In this document: piece by piece, positions 9,716-21,420 of the stretch
Layout of the letters: every line of letters starts with the position of its first letter
How positions within the stretch are numbered: the stretch's first letter is position 1
From: Spirochaetia bacterium
Lineage (GTDB): Bacteria > Spirochaetota > Spirochaetia > UBA9216
DNA: 64,000 nucleotides
Assembly (NCBI GenBank): GCA_963677925.2
Contig: CAXXYH010000003.1
Span: forward strand, 480,001-544,000
Direction of reading: 5' to 3'
Translations under genes and position numbers: made by a program
Notes under the pieces: model-generated
Told to the model about the DNA's origin: nothing
The model's input: the letters and a program-made list of their open reading frames with translations, nothing else
The model's database searches: none

Positions 9716-10693
9716 TTTAATCCTCAATAAGCATTCCATAGCCATCTTCTCAATTTCTGCTGTTTCAAAACATACCGCAGACGCAGCATCTAGATACTTA
9801 TGATTGTTTGTCCTGCCTGCCGATTTAATCAAATCTGCAGTCGCAGTCCAGTTTGCAGCGGCCTGTGAATACAACTCAACTGCTTGTTCAAGCACCGGAT
9901 TCGAAGGTAAATATGTCAGGGATTCATTTAAAAATGCAGTGAACATATTCCGGAAAACAGCGCCGCCTGTCCCGCCGTTCTCCATTAGATCAGCCTGATC
10001 ATATAGTTCTTTTTCAGGCTTATCCGTACAGGAAAGCCAGTTCTGTATATCATCTGCTAATTTCTTTATTCCCAAATAGCCGAAACATTTCAGAGGCGGA
10101 TTTAAAAAACCATCGGCAATTTTTCTTACTGCATCAGGTATTATCAACTCAGGTGCAATTTGAACCTTACTTTTTCTAATTGTGTAGGAACGAGCTTTTG
10201 CAGCCATTGACCCCCTTTCAAACCTTGCTTTTTCCAGATTCTCAAGTGATACCTTATATACTTTTCCGGTATCAAAGACGTAGGCATGAGTTGAATCATA
10301 TCCGTATACAGTGACAAAATGTCCGGCAAAATGAAAACTATGATAAAAATGCTCAAGATGATAGGCATCAAGCTGTAAAGCTACCGGAACCCCCATATCT
10401 ATAAATTGTTCCACGTTAAGCCAGGCTTTATTTCTCGAACTTGTCTGTCTCTCATCAACCTCAAATCCGGTATTTTCACAAAAAACTTTTGTCAGTTCAT
10501 AGGGTTTAGCCCTTCCACCGATAAACGGAAGGTTCATAAAACTCATTTTCCAGTAAATAAAACCAAAGCCCTGGCTTAGTCCCAGCATCATCGGTTCACT
10601 GTATTCTACGCCCTCGTGAAGCAGCAGTAATCTGGTTGCGCTCGTCTCGCAATTGATTGCTTTAAATGGTTTAATGTTATCAATTATTTTCAT
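9707..10693 (-). CDS. BtrH N-terminal (papain-like) / DUF4872 domain protein
   Basis: NCETSAT (Cys), HFAGHFVTVYGYD (His), MENGGTGGAVFR. Confidence 0.8.
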   Translation of the reverse strand: MKIIDNIKPFKAINCETSATRLLLLHEGVEYSEPMMLGLSQGFGFIYWKMSFMNLPFIGGRAKPYELTKVFCENTGFEVDERQTSSRNKAWLNVEQFIDMGVPVALQLDAYHLEHFYHSFHFAGHFVTVYGYDSTHAYVFDTGKVYKVSLENLEKARFERGSMAAKARSYTIRKSKVQIAPELIIPDAVRKIADGFLNPPLKCFGYLGIKKLADDIQNWLSCTDKPEKELYDQADLMENGGTGGAVFRNMFTAFLNESLTYLPSNPVLEQAVELYSQAAANWTATADLIKSAGRTNNHKYLDAASAVCFETAEIEKMAMECLLRIKSD

Positions 10694-10714
10694 TAGTAGA
10701 TGATATCTCGATGT

Positions 10715-10736
10715 ATATGACAGCTGTATGTCGTAT
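10715..10736. promoter_or_regulatory. Inverted repeat resembling a WYL (YafY/DriD-type) activator site
   Basis: ATATGAC-agctgtat-GTCGTAT, 9 nt upstream of a minus-strand TATCAT -10 (10700-10705) that lies 6 nt before the BtrH-like ATG. Confidence 0.5.
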
Positions 10737-10751
10737 TTATTGAAAGAAATT

Positions 10752-10794
10752 AAAAAGCTGCAGACTGAAAGACTTCTCCCTCAGCACTGCAGCT
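10752..10794 (-). terminator. Intrinsic terminator after katG
   Basis: AGCTGCAG (10756-63) / CTGCAGCT (10787-94) stem followed on the minus strand by a T run. Confidence 0.7.
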
Positions 10795-10812
10795 AAAAAT
10801 GAAGACGTTGAT

Positions 10813-13514
<2,702 letters not shown>

Positions 13515-13573
13515 AATCCAGACCTCCTTAACTGGTACTATTAAAGTATAAGAGAAGTTTTTTCATAGATCAA

Positions 13574-13609
13574 ATTGATATTTTCTAAGTTATGATAGAT
13601 AATATCTAT
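13574..13609. promoter_or_regulatory. OxyR-type binding site between ybaN-katG and oxyR
   Basis: Perfect ATAG-N7-CTAT (13595-13609) preceded by ATTG-N7-CTAA (13574-13588). Confidence 0.65.
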
Positions 13610-14542
13610 ATGACGATTCAGCAGATTGAATATGTACTTGCGGTTATCGAATACGGAAGTTTTTCACGTGCGGCCGAGGCCTGCTTTGTAACCCAGCCCA
13701 CGCTCAGCGCGCAAATCTCCAAGCTTGAAAATGAGCTTGGGATTTTTCTGCTTGATCGTCTTAGACGCCCTGTAGGTCCGGCCCCGGGAGCTGAGGAAAT
13801 TATAAGCAGGGCAAGAACTGCAATAACTTCGCTGAATTTAATTCCTGCGATAGCCGATGAGCATAGAAATTCCGTATCAGGAGAACTAAGGGTAGGTGTA
13901 ATACCGACACTTGCCCAATACCTTCTGCCTCTTTTTCTGGAGACCTTTCTTGACCGGTACCGCGAGCTTACGCTAAAAATCAGCGAGCTGCAGTCTGAAG
14001 ATATTATTAAAGGCATAAAGGATTTCAGGCTGGACTGCGGAATAATAGCCCTTCCTTCAGGGGTGGATGAGCTTTCAGAAAAAACTCTTTTTTATGAAGA
14101 ATTTCTGGTATTTCTTCCTCCGGGGAATCAGAAATCTGGAAGGATAGATATAGCTGATTTAAAGAGAGAGGAACTTCTGCTTTTAACCGAAGGCCACTGT
14201 TTCAGGGACCAGGTTATTGATTTATGCGGAAGCACTGCAGACTCGGGAAAAGCCCGGATAGAATTTGAAACCGGCAGTCTAGAAAGCCTCAAAAAGCTTG
14301 TGAATAAGGGTATCGGCCATACTCTTCTGCCGGAACTGGCTATAGTTGACATGAATCCTGAAGCCGGAAAAAGGATACATCCGCTGGGGCCGGTTACACC
14401 TTCCAGAAAAATAGGTATGATTTCAAACCCGGCCTACATACGACCGAAGCTGCTTGAAATACTGACTGATGCAATCATCGATAGTCTGCCTCCTGAAATA
14501 AGAAACAGAGAGTCTGATACTTTTCTGCCCTGGAGAAAGTAG
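13610..14542 (+). CDS. oxyR: Hydrogen peroxide-inducible LysR activator OxyR
   Basis: LysR HTH (VTQPTLSAQISKLE); redox motif EGHCFRDQVIDLC (C-x8-C); divergent from katG. Start MTIQQIEY preferred over 13592. Confidence 0.93.
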   Translation: MTIQQIEYVLAVIEYGSFSRAAEACFVTQPTLSAQISKLENELGIFLLDRLRRPVGPAPGAEEIISRARTAITSLNLIPAIADEHRNSVSGELRVGVIPTLAQYLLPLFLETFLDRYRELTLKISELQSEDIIKGIKDFRLDCGIIALPSGVDELSEKTLFYEEFLVFLPPGNQKSGRIDIADLKREELLLLTEGHCFRDQVIDLCGSTADSGKARIEFETGSLESLKKLVNKGIGHTLLPELAIVDMNPEAGKRIHPLGPVTPSRKIGMISNPAYIRPKLLEILTDAIIDSLPPEIRNRESDTFLPWRK

Positions 14543-14583
14543 TTTTAATATGATGTAAATTTATGACTAACTTTCAGCAACTT

Positions 14584-15282
14584 TTACCAGTCTACAGATT
14601 CAAAAATAATATTAGCCATAGATCTGCCGCCGGCCCTGTTAAGGTGAATTTTATCAAAGGAATATAGATCAAGTCTTCCCTGAAACGCGCCGTTCAGATC
14701 AATCATTTCGATGTTTGATTTTATACAGAAATCTTTTATATAAGGTACAATTTCATTTTCAATCACTTCATCCTGAATACTGTACAGACCAGAATAAGCC
14801 GGTATAGATGTCATCACAATAATTCTCGGTCTGGAAGGAATAGTCTGATATGAAGAAATGATTTCCTGAAAATCAGACTTAAATTCAGAGCTGTTCCAGT
14901 TAAAAGTTTTTGAGTCATTCGAACCGAGCATGAATAAAATTATATCAGGACGGAATTCCATTGACCGCCTATACTCGGGTAATTCCGTATATGGCTTGTT
15001 TGAGTCCCTCTGTACACAGGCTCCGCTCACTCCGAAATTCCTGACAGTGTATCCGGTATTAAGCAGTAACCCCAACTGAGAAGGATAGCTGTTTTTATTT
15101 TTATTTGGAATTAATGTTCCTTCTGTAATACTGTCACCAACACATGCAACCTTTAAATTTTTGCCGGTATCCGATGCTATCGTATTGCAGGATAAAAAAA
15201 CTGATGCAGATATAACAATTCCGAATATAATAAAAATTATTCGTTTAGATTCTGTTCTTATTTTATGCAATTTTACTGTCAC
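14584..15282 (-). CDS. SGNH/GDSL esterase, probable lipoprotein
   Basis: VACVGDSIT, NFGVSG, MLGSND, DKIH blocks; FLSC lipobox-like motif. Confidence 0.88.
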   Translation of the reverse strand: MTVKLHKIRTESKRIIFIIFGIVISASVFLSCNTIASDTGKNLKVACVGDSITEGTLIPNKNKNSYPSQLGLLLNTGYTVRNFGVSGACVQRDSNKPYTELPEYRRSMEFRPDIILFMLGSNDSKTFNWNSSEFKSDFQEIISSYQTIPSRPRIIVMTSIPAYSGLYSIQDEVIENEIVPYIKDFCIKSNIEMIDLNGAFQGRLDLYSFDKIHLNRAGGRSMANIIFESVDW

Positions 15283-15411
15283 TTCCTTAAATATTTAATG
15301 GTTTACTATACTCTAATATTATTTTATTAACTATATTTATACTTTCATATAAATAATGTATCCAATATTTTTTTTGATTGACCGCCTTAAATGTCGGAGA
15401 TATCATAAAAT

Positions 15412-16221
15412 ATGGCCAAAATAGTTCTGAGGCTTATATTTATATTAAGTATAACAACTTTCTATGTCTCATGCCTTCCACCTGAACTAAATTTCACAGC
15501 TGACGATACCTATATTATAATATGGGATCCTGAAAAAAATCTTACTAACCATAAAACACTTACCGACAGCCTGAACCGGAGATATCCGCAGACAATAATC
15601 ATGTCAGAATATATGCCCAGTACAAATGCAGTTTTCTTTGAAACAGCATTTTCCCAAATACCTGAAGAGGCATTATGTATATTCATTATAATAAGCATGC
15701 GACCGCAGTTTCATATATCAAGCGAGTGGAATCTCTGGTTTCCTCAAATGTGGAGAAACCTTGACTGCAGAGGGAAAATACTGATAGCAGACGGCTCATG
15801 GGGCGATGAGTTTCTCAATTCTTTAAAAACATTCAACCCGGACTCTATCTGGGCCATTGACGGTAAGATAGGACAACTTAGACGCAAACTGCCCGGTTCG
15901 CTGCTGGCTGCAGCTTGCAGATTTGATGAAAGCAACCTGATAAGCCGGGGTATAGATGGAAAAACGAAAACAGCCCTGTTCTCATGGTACTTTATGAATC
16001 AGCTCTGTACCGAAGAATTACGAAAAATTGAAATTCTAAACTCTTTAGAGAAATCTATATATCTCACTCAGACAGCCCTTGAGCGGGGTGTTCTAACCGA
16101 GGTTGAAGAGACCGTTTTTTATAACAAAAGCGAGGTAAACAGAGAAGAATTTTTAAAATATCCTAATCCTGTCGTCTGGAACGGACTTGCAGAAAAAGTT
16201 TTCATTGAGGCAGCTGAGTGA
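15412..16221 (+). CDS. Hypothetical lipoprotein, possibly a degenerate caspase-like fold
   Basis: Signal with YVSC; KILIADGSWG, LLAAACRFDES, ALFSWYFMNQL and YPNP segments; GTGA overlap with the next gene. Confidence 0.55.
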   Translation: MAKIVLRLIFILSITTFYVSCLPPELNFTADDTYIIIWDPEKNLTNHKTLTDSLNRRYPQTIIMSEYMPSTNAVFFETAFSQIPEEALCIFIIISMRPQFHISSEWNLWFPQMWRNLDCRGKILIADGSWGDEFLNSLKTFNPDSIWAIDGKIGQLRRKLPGSLLAAACRFDESNLISRGIDGKTKTALFSWYFMNQLCTEELRKIEILNSLEKSIYLTQTALERGVLTEVEETVFYNKSEVNREEFLKYPNPVVWNGLAEKVFIEAAE

Positions 16222-17168
16222 AAATGTTTCTGAACCGGGTAAAAAGCATCACCGGTACCATAATTCTTTTTATCATTCTAATTCTGCTGATTGCAGTCCT
16301 CCCCTCTCTTTTTTCATATGGAAGAGCGTCAAATGATCAGTATTACTCAAATATTGAAGATCCTGATTTTATAGAAAAGAAACTTTATAAACTGCATTTT
16401 CATGCTGAGAATATATGGAGAAAACCTTTTTTTTATTTCAAACAGATAAAATCCGGCGGTGTCTTAATCTATGAGGAAGGAAAAACTGTCCGCAGTTTTA
16501 TAGAAGAAGCACCTCGTTATTTCAGTGTCTCATTTTTTTACGCCGGCTTTGCAGGAATGATCAGTTTGACAGCAGGTATCATGCTCAGTCTGAGAATGTC
16601 CGATAAAAAGAATAATCCAATATATTATGAGTTCCTTTCATTCATGACAGTTTTTCCTGATTTTATCCTGATTCTCATTATTCAATTCATCTTTTTCAAT
16701 ATAAACAGAATAACAGGACTCACGGTCCTGCGGCTTTACACACCTTCCGCTTCAGACAGAGCTGTATTTCTCCCATTAATAGTCCTTTCGATATATCCCT
16801 GCCTATATATCATTAGAACTATAGGCACTCAGCTGAAGGACTTGAATACTGAGACTTTTATAAATATGGCACATGCCAAGGGGCTTTCCAAAAGAGCAGT
16901 CAGATACTTTCATCTGGGACCAGCTGCGGTATCTTTTATCAAAGGCGATATTCATAAGCTGCTGGCTATAATATTTTCGAATCTATTTATCACAGAGCTT
17001 ATGTTCAATAATAAAGGTCTTACATCTTTTCTGTTCAACAACATTCAACAATATGATGCAACAGTTAATACAATAATTCTCATTCTTATTCTTTATCTGA
17101 TAATTTACCTGGTGCTTCAGGCACTTCTCTTTATCATAGGTACGATCTTCAGGAGGAGCCTGCCGTGA
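16218..17168 (+). CDS. ABC transporter permease (OppB/DppB-like)
   Basis: Multiple TM segments; EAA-like loop FINMAHAKGLS; ITELMFNNKGL. Confidence 0.85.
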   Translation: MKMFLNRVKSITGTIILFIILILLIAVLPSLFSYGRASNDQYYSNIEDPDFIEKKLYKLHFHAENIWRKPFFYFKQIKSGGVLIYEEGKTVRSFIEEAPRYFSVSFFYAGFAGMISLTAGIMLSLRMSDKKNNPIYYEFLSFMTVFPDFILILIIQFIFFNINRITGLTVLRLYTPSASDRAVFLPLIVLSIYPCLYIIRTIGTQLKDLNTETFINMAHAKGLSKRAVRYFHLGPAAVSFIKGDIHKLLAIIFSNLFITELMFNNKGLTSFLFNNIQQYDATVNTIILILILYLIIYLVLQALLFIIGTIFRRSLP

Positions 17169-18058
17169 ATGCCCGTCTTATTACAGGACTGATGCTTCTC
17201 ATACCTGTTCTTGCCGCTGTATTTTTCGGTCCTGCTCTGGCCCCATACGAAAAGTATTACACAGAATCAGTCCGCTATGAGGATACAGAGCAGGGACCTG
17301 TGCTTGTCGTTCCGCCAAGTGCACCCTCTTCTGAATACCTGCTGGGAACAACCACAGCAGGGAAAGATATACTAAGTCTTATTCTGTACGGTGCACGCTG
17401 GACTGTCGGCACCACCTTCGTACTTGCATTACTAAGAGTTCTGCTTGGTGCAATCAGCGGTGTATCTGCCGCTTTTGGAAAACTGCGTAAAGATAAAACT
17501 ATAAAATCAATACCTCTTAATGCCCTGCCCCAGATAGTATTTCTCTATTTTGTTCTTTCAATCATTTCAATAAACTTTCCGTTCAATAAAATGATACTTA
17601 TCTCAATTTTCAGTGTGATGGTCCTTATTTTCGGAACACCCGCAAATTCGGCTGCAATAGAAGCAGTCTGCAGAGAACAGAAAAAAAGAGAGTACTATAT
17701 AGCAGCAGAAGCTTCCGGGGCGGGAAAATGGCATCTGATAATTAATCATATATTCCCGTTTATGAAGGAAAGACTTCTTACCCTTCTGATAAGTGAAATA
17801 ATTGCAGTGCTCAACACTATCGGCCAGATGGGAATCTTCGGTGTTTTTCTTGGAGCAACTGTTAAAACATTCAGTCCTGCTATGCTGAATTCAAGATTAT
17901 TCGACTGGGCGGGGCTTGTCGGACAGGCAAGGTTTTATATCTATAGTGAGCAGTGGATTCTTTTTGGGCCGCTTGCCGCTTACATACTTTATCTTGTAGC
18001 TCTCTACTTAATCCTGGAAGGAATTAAGCAGAGTTTTCGACAAAGTTACAGAAGATGA
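17165..18058 (+). CDS. ABC transporter permease (OppC/DppC-like)
   Basis: YLLGTTTAGKDILSLILYGARWT; EYYIAAEASGAGKWHLIINHIFP. Confidence 0.88.
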   Translation: MNARLITGLMLLIPVLAAVFFGPALAPYEKYYTESVRYEDTEQGPVLVVPPSAPSSEYLLGTTTAGKDILSLILYGARWTVGTTFVLALLRVLLGAISGVSAAFGKLRKDKTIKSIPLNALPQIVFLYFVLSIISINFPFNKMILISIFSVMVLIFGTPANSAAIEAVCREQKKREYYIAAEASGAGKWHLIINHIFPFMKERLLTLLISEIIAVLNTIGQMGIFGVFLGATVKTFSPAMLNSRLFDWAGLVGQARFYIYSEQWILFGPLAAYILYLVALYLILEGIKQSFRQSYRR

Positions 18059-18070
18059 CCAGCCCGGCCT

Positions 18071-18499
18071 TTAGTTCCTGAAAGAACGTGCTTCATTTTC
18101 AAGCAGGCTGAGTAACTGGTTTAATTTCTCTATCTCTTCAGAGCTAAGCGGCTTCATGATTTCTTTCAGCCACGTATCATTGAGCATAGAAAGAAAAGTA
18201 AAAAGATCCATTCCGGATTCAGTAAGATAAATTTCCTTGACCCTTGCGTCATTTCTGTTACGTAATGTTCTTACATATTTTTTATGTTCCATACTTTTAA
18301 CGGAACGTGCAACAGCCGCTTTATCTACAACCAGCAGTTCCGACAGTCTTTCCTGTCTTATTCCTTCGTTTGCACCTATATTAAGCAAAAAAATACTGTC
18401 GCTGTAAGAAATATCCTTTCCTTCTATCGCGTTTGACATGTAAGTTGTATACACCCGGTTTAGAACACCTATAGCCCTGAAATTTTCAATCTGATTCAA
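18071..18499 (-). CDS. MarR-family regulator
   Basis: VDKAAVARSVKSME...DARVKEIYLTESG winged helix. Confidence 0.9.
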   Translation of the reverse strand: MNQIENFRAIGVLNRVYTTYMSNAIEGKDISYSDSIFLLNIGANEGIRQERLSELLVVDKAAVARSVKSMEHKKYVRTLRNRNDARVKEIYLTESGMDLFTFLSMLNDTWLKEIMKPLSSEEIEKLNQLLSLLENEARSFRN

Positions 18500-18510
18500 T
18501 TTAAATTCCT

Positions 18511-19614
18511 TTAATTGATTTCACTTAAAAAAAAACCTTCCAGAATACTGATAAATTCCTCTGGATCTTCTTCATGAACTACATGTCCTGAATTAATCCT
18601 TACATAACTCCCTTTTTTCAGCAGAGACATAACAAGGTCGGCATCATTCTGATCCATTGCTCCGTTAAGTTCTCCGTTTTCAAGTATTTCAAAGTCAGCA
18701 TGAATCAGTAAAGCCGGACATTCAATTTTTGTAAGAGCTTCTGCATGATCGAAAGAGGCATTCCAGCTTCCATCATAAAAAGCCGCACCGAATCGGGGGT
18801 CATAGTAATTCATTCCGCGGAACATATTTCTTACTGTTCCCTGTAAAAACCTCAGCTCAACAGCCTCTCCCGGATTATCTTCACGATACCATTCCACAGC
18901 CTTAATAATTTTAGGAAGTGCATCATCACCAGCATAATTAGCCACAAAAGCTGCATTACTCTGAAGCCAGTACAAAAGAAAATCATCGTCTCCATCTTCA
19001 ATAAATATGCTGCACGTAGTAAACGATCTGTATGAAATTGTCTGTTTTATACGGGGATATTCAGAAGAAAATAATGGAGGGTCTTCCAAAACTACAGCTT
19101 TAACGAACTCAGGTCTGTTTGCAGCCAGCCATACTGTCAGGAGGCCGCCGGATGAGTTTCCTGTTACGAAGGCCGGTTCACCGATTACATCTTTAATAAA
19201 CAGGCCAAGATCGTTTCCGATTCTATCTGCAGTCATTGGATAGCCGGCTGGATATGTTGTATTTCCATGGCCCTGATAATCGACTGCAAAAATGTGAAAA
19301 TTCTCAGACAAATCCGGAAGTACCTGATTGTAGCTGAACCAGTCCATGTGCTGAGCATTTAAAAGAATAAGCGGCGGACCATTATCAGGTCCCTCAGCAT
19401 AGTTAAAATACACCTCTCCGGCCTGGATCTGTTTTTCAATTATTCCGGATTCCAGAATTTTTTCATGACCTGGATCGACATAATTGACGACTAGGCTTCT
19501 CGTGATGCTTTGACATCCATTCAGAACCGGAAGAATGGAAATAACTATTATTGCAGTGTATAAAAATGAAGATTTAGTATTACAATTTTTCAAATTATAT
19601 TTTTCTCGCGCCAC
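18511..19614 (-). CDS. Alpha/beta hydrolase, probable lipoprotein
   Basis: AVDYQGHG, GNSSGG nucleophile elbow, LEDPP, SGHVVH; LNGC lipobox-like motif. Confidence 0.88.
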   Translation of the reverse strand: MAREKYNLKNCNTKSSFLYTAIIVISILPVLNGCQSITRSLVVNYVDPGHEKILESGIIEKQIQAGEVYFNYAEGPDNGPPLILLNAQHMDWFSYNQVLPDLSENFHIFAVDYQGHGNTTYPAGYPMTADRIGNDLGLFIKDVIGEPAFVTGNSSGGLLTVWLAANRPEFVKAVVLEDPPLFSSEYPRIKQTISYRSFTTCSIFIEDGDDDFLLYWLQSNAAFVANYAGDDALPKIIKAVEWYREDNPGEAVELRFLQGTVRNMFRGMNYYDPRFGAAFYDGSWNASFDHAEALTKIECPALLIHADFEILENGELNGAMDQNDADLVMSLLKKGSYVRINSGHVVHEEDPEEFISILEGFFLSEIN

Positions 19615-19700
19615 CAGCTTTACATTGAATCCTGATCGAAACCGGCCCGGTTAGGTTTGGTATTATGTCTTCTAAGTGTTTCGGTGATTTGTCAATGTTT

Positions 19701-20384
19701 TTAGATTGAGTTTAATAGCAATCTGAACTCTGAAACATTCAGAGTGTTTATCCTGGCGCCGCGCCGGCAGATTTTACTGAGTTTTCTGTCGTTCGTAACA
19801 ATAGTTGTAGTCAAGTCTTTTAAATATAAAGTATGAATTATATCAACAATATCATTTTTATCAGCTGTTTTATTCAAATAGTTATGCCTGTAAAATTTAC
19901 AGGAGTTTATAAAGATATTACTTTCTGAAGCGGTCATAACTGCACCGCCCGGGAGATAATTCATATACTCCACAGATAATATTTCACCGATAGGAATTGT
20001 TTGGTTCAGCAGACATACGCATAAATTTTTATATGACAAGTCCGTTTTACCGATTTTAGATAAAAACTCAGAATGATCATTGCACTTCAAAAGCAATTCT
20101 ACATATTGCTTAAGGCGGTATGAATTTTCTTCAATAGACTGCCCCATATAGCCACCGAATAGCTCCATCATCTTTTGATTTACTGATTCCCAGTCAATGA
20201 ATAGATGATTACAGATTACATCAAGTTTAATTTTCCTTTTTTCAAAATTATCTACAGATAAGCCCTTAATAAATTCTAAAACAGCAACTGAAGATGTGTA
20301 GACATTTATATTTTTTAATCCCAGAAGTTCATCAGCTGAAATGGCAATCAGGGCATTAGCTTCAAGGTAGTAAGAGTTTTTCAC
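19701..20384 (-). CDS. Hypothetical protein with PIN-like nuclease motifs
   Basis: YYLEANAL, TSSVAVLE, KNDIVDIIH, IVTNDRKL; AT-rich; GTGA overlap with the upstream gene. Confidence 0.55.
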   Translation of the reverse strand: MKNSYYLEANALIAISADELLGLKNINVYTSSVAVLEFIKGLSVDNFEKRKIKLDVICNHLFIDWESVNQKMMELFGGYMGQSIEENSYRLKQYVELLLKCNDHSEFLSKIGKTDLSYKNLCVCLLNQTIPIGEILSVEYMNYLPGGAVMTASESNIFINSCKFYRHNYLNKTADKNDIVDIIHTLYLKDLTTTIVTNDRKLSKICRRGARINTLNVSEFRLLLNSI

Positions 20385-20911
20385 TGGTAACGGCCCAATT
20401 CAATTTTCAATCCTAATTCATTCTTCATTGTTAGAAGTGCTTCAACATTTCCCTTTACATCATCTAAAGGATCGTGTGTATGCTCGGTTTTTCGCAGATG
20501 TTTAAAATTTTGTGAATAATCTTTAACCAATCCTTTATACAAACTTCCAAGATTAACTGAGGAATAGCCGAAAGGATTATGTCCAAGAAAATGATGGAAG
20601 TACCAGCATATAAACATCCAGTCATATCCGTTATTATCACTTATAAACACGGCTCTGCTGTCAATACTCTTTCTCAGCCAGTTATTGAATTTACTCATTA
20701 CAGCTTCCGGTTCATCAAACATAAGAGTTTCCTCCCTTGTAAACCCGGATACTGCCAGAGCATCATGATTAAAGTTATCTGAAACCGGTTTAAGCCGACC
20801 GGTAAAACTCAAAGACATTGAAGGCTCCACTATCATTGCAGCAAAACATATCATTGAATAATCACCTGGTATAGGGCCGTCAGATTCTATATCAACCATT
20901 ACTAATGACAT
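20381..20911 (-). CDS. DEDDh 3'-5' exoribonuclease (DUF5051/RNase AS-like)
   Basis: MVDIESDGP, SDNNGYDW, HTHDPLDDVKGN. Confidence 0.85.
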   Translation of the reverse strand: MSLVMVDIESDGPIPGDYSMICFAAMIVEPSMSLSFTGRLKPVSDNFNHDALAVSGFTREETLMFDEPEAVMSKFNNWLRKSIDSRAVFISDNNGYDWMFICWYFHHFLGHNPFGYSSVNLGSLYKGLVKDYSQNFKHLRKTEHTHDPLDDVKGNVEALLTMKNELGLKIELGRYQ

Positions 20912-21384
20912 TATTCAACCCCATCAGGAATATTTTCAGACAGCTGCTTTCCCATACTCACGCGTTCTTCAACCATATAGCCGTTTTTAATGTAAAATTC
21001 CTTAACTGATTTATTTTCAGCCATTATCTGAAGATTAATTTTCATACAGCCCATTTGAGATAATGCAGCCTCTGCATACTGCAGCAGAAGAGTACCTACC
21101 CCGGCACTTCTGTACTCCGGCAGAACAGCCAGAGAATATATCCATCCGCGATGACCGTCATATCCGGCCATAACCGTTCCAATTACTTTAGACTCGATTT
21201 CTGCAATATATAGCTGCTGATCTATCGCAAGCTTTTTATCAATCACTAAACCGGGTGAATTCCTAAGGTCTGTATATCCGAAGACCTCCGTCCAGAGTTC
21301 AACCACTTCAGTCCGGTGAATTTTATCATCATATTTTTTTATCATCAGTAGTTTCCTGAATTTTAGAGACTTATCCATAGTCAT
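20911..21384 (-). CDS. GNAT acetyltransferase, YpeA-like
   Basis: GTVMAGYDGHRGWIYSLAV; GCMKINLQI. Confidence 0.9.
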   Translation of the reverse strand: MTMDKSLKFRKLLMIKKYDDKIHRTEVVELWTEVFGYTDLRNSPGLVIDKKLAIDQQLYIAEIESKVIGTVMAGYDGHRGWIYSLAVLPEYRSAGVGTLLLQYAEAALSQMGCMKINLQIMAENKSVKEFYIKNGYMVEERVSMGKQLSENIPDGVE

Positions 21385-21420
21385 GTATTATCATCCTGCT
21401 TATATAAAAAATAGAAGAAA

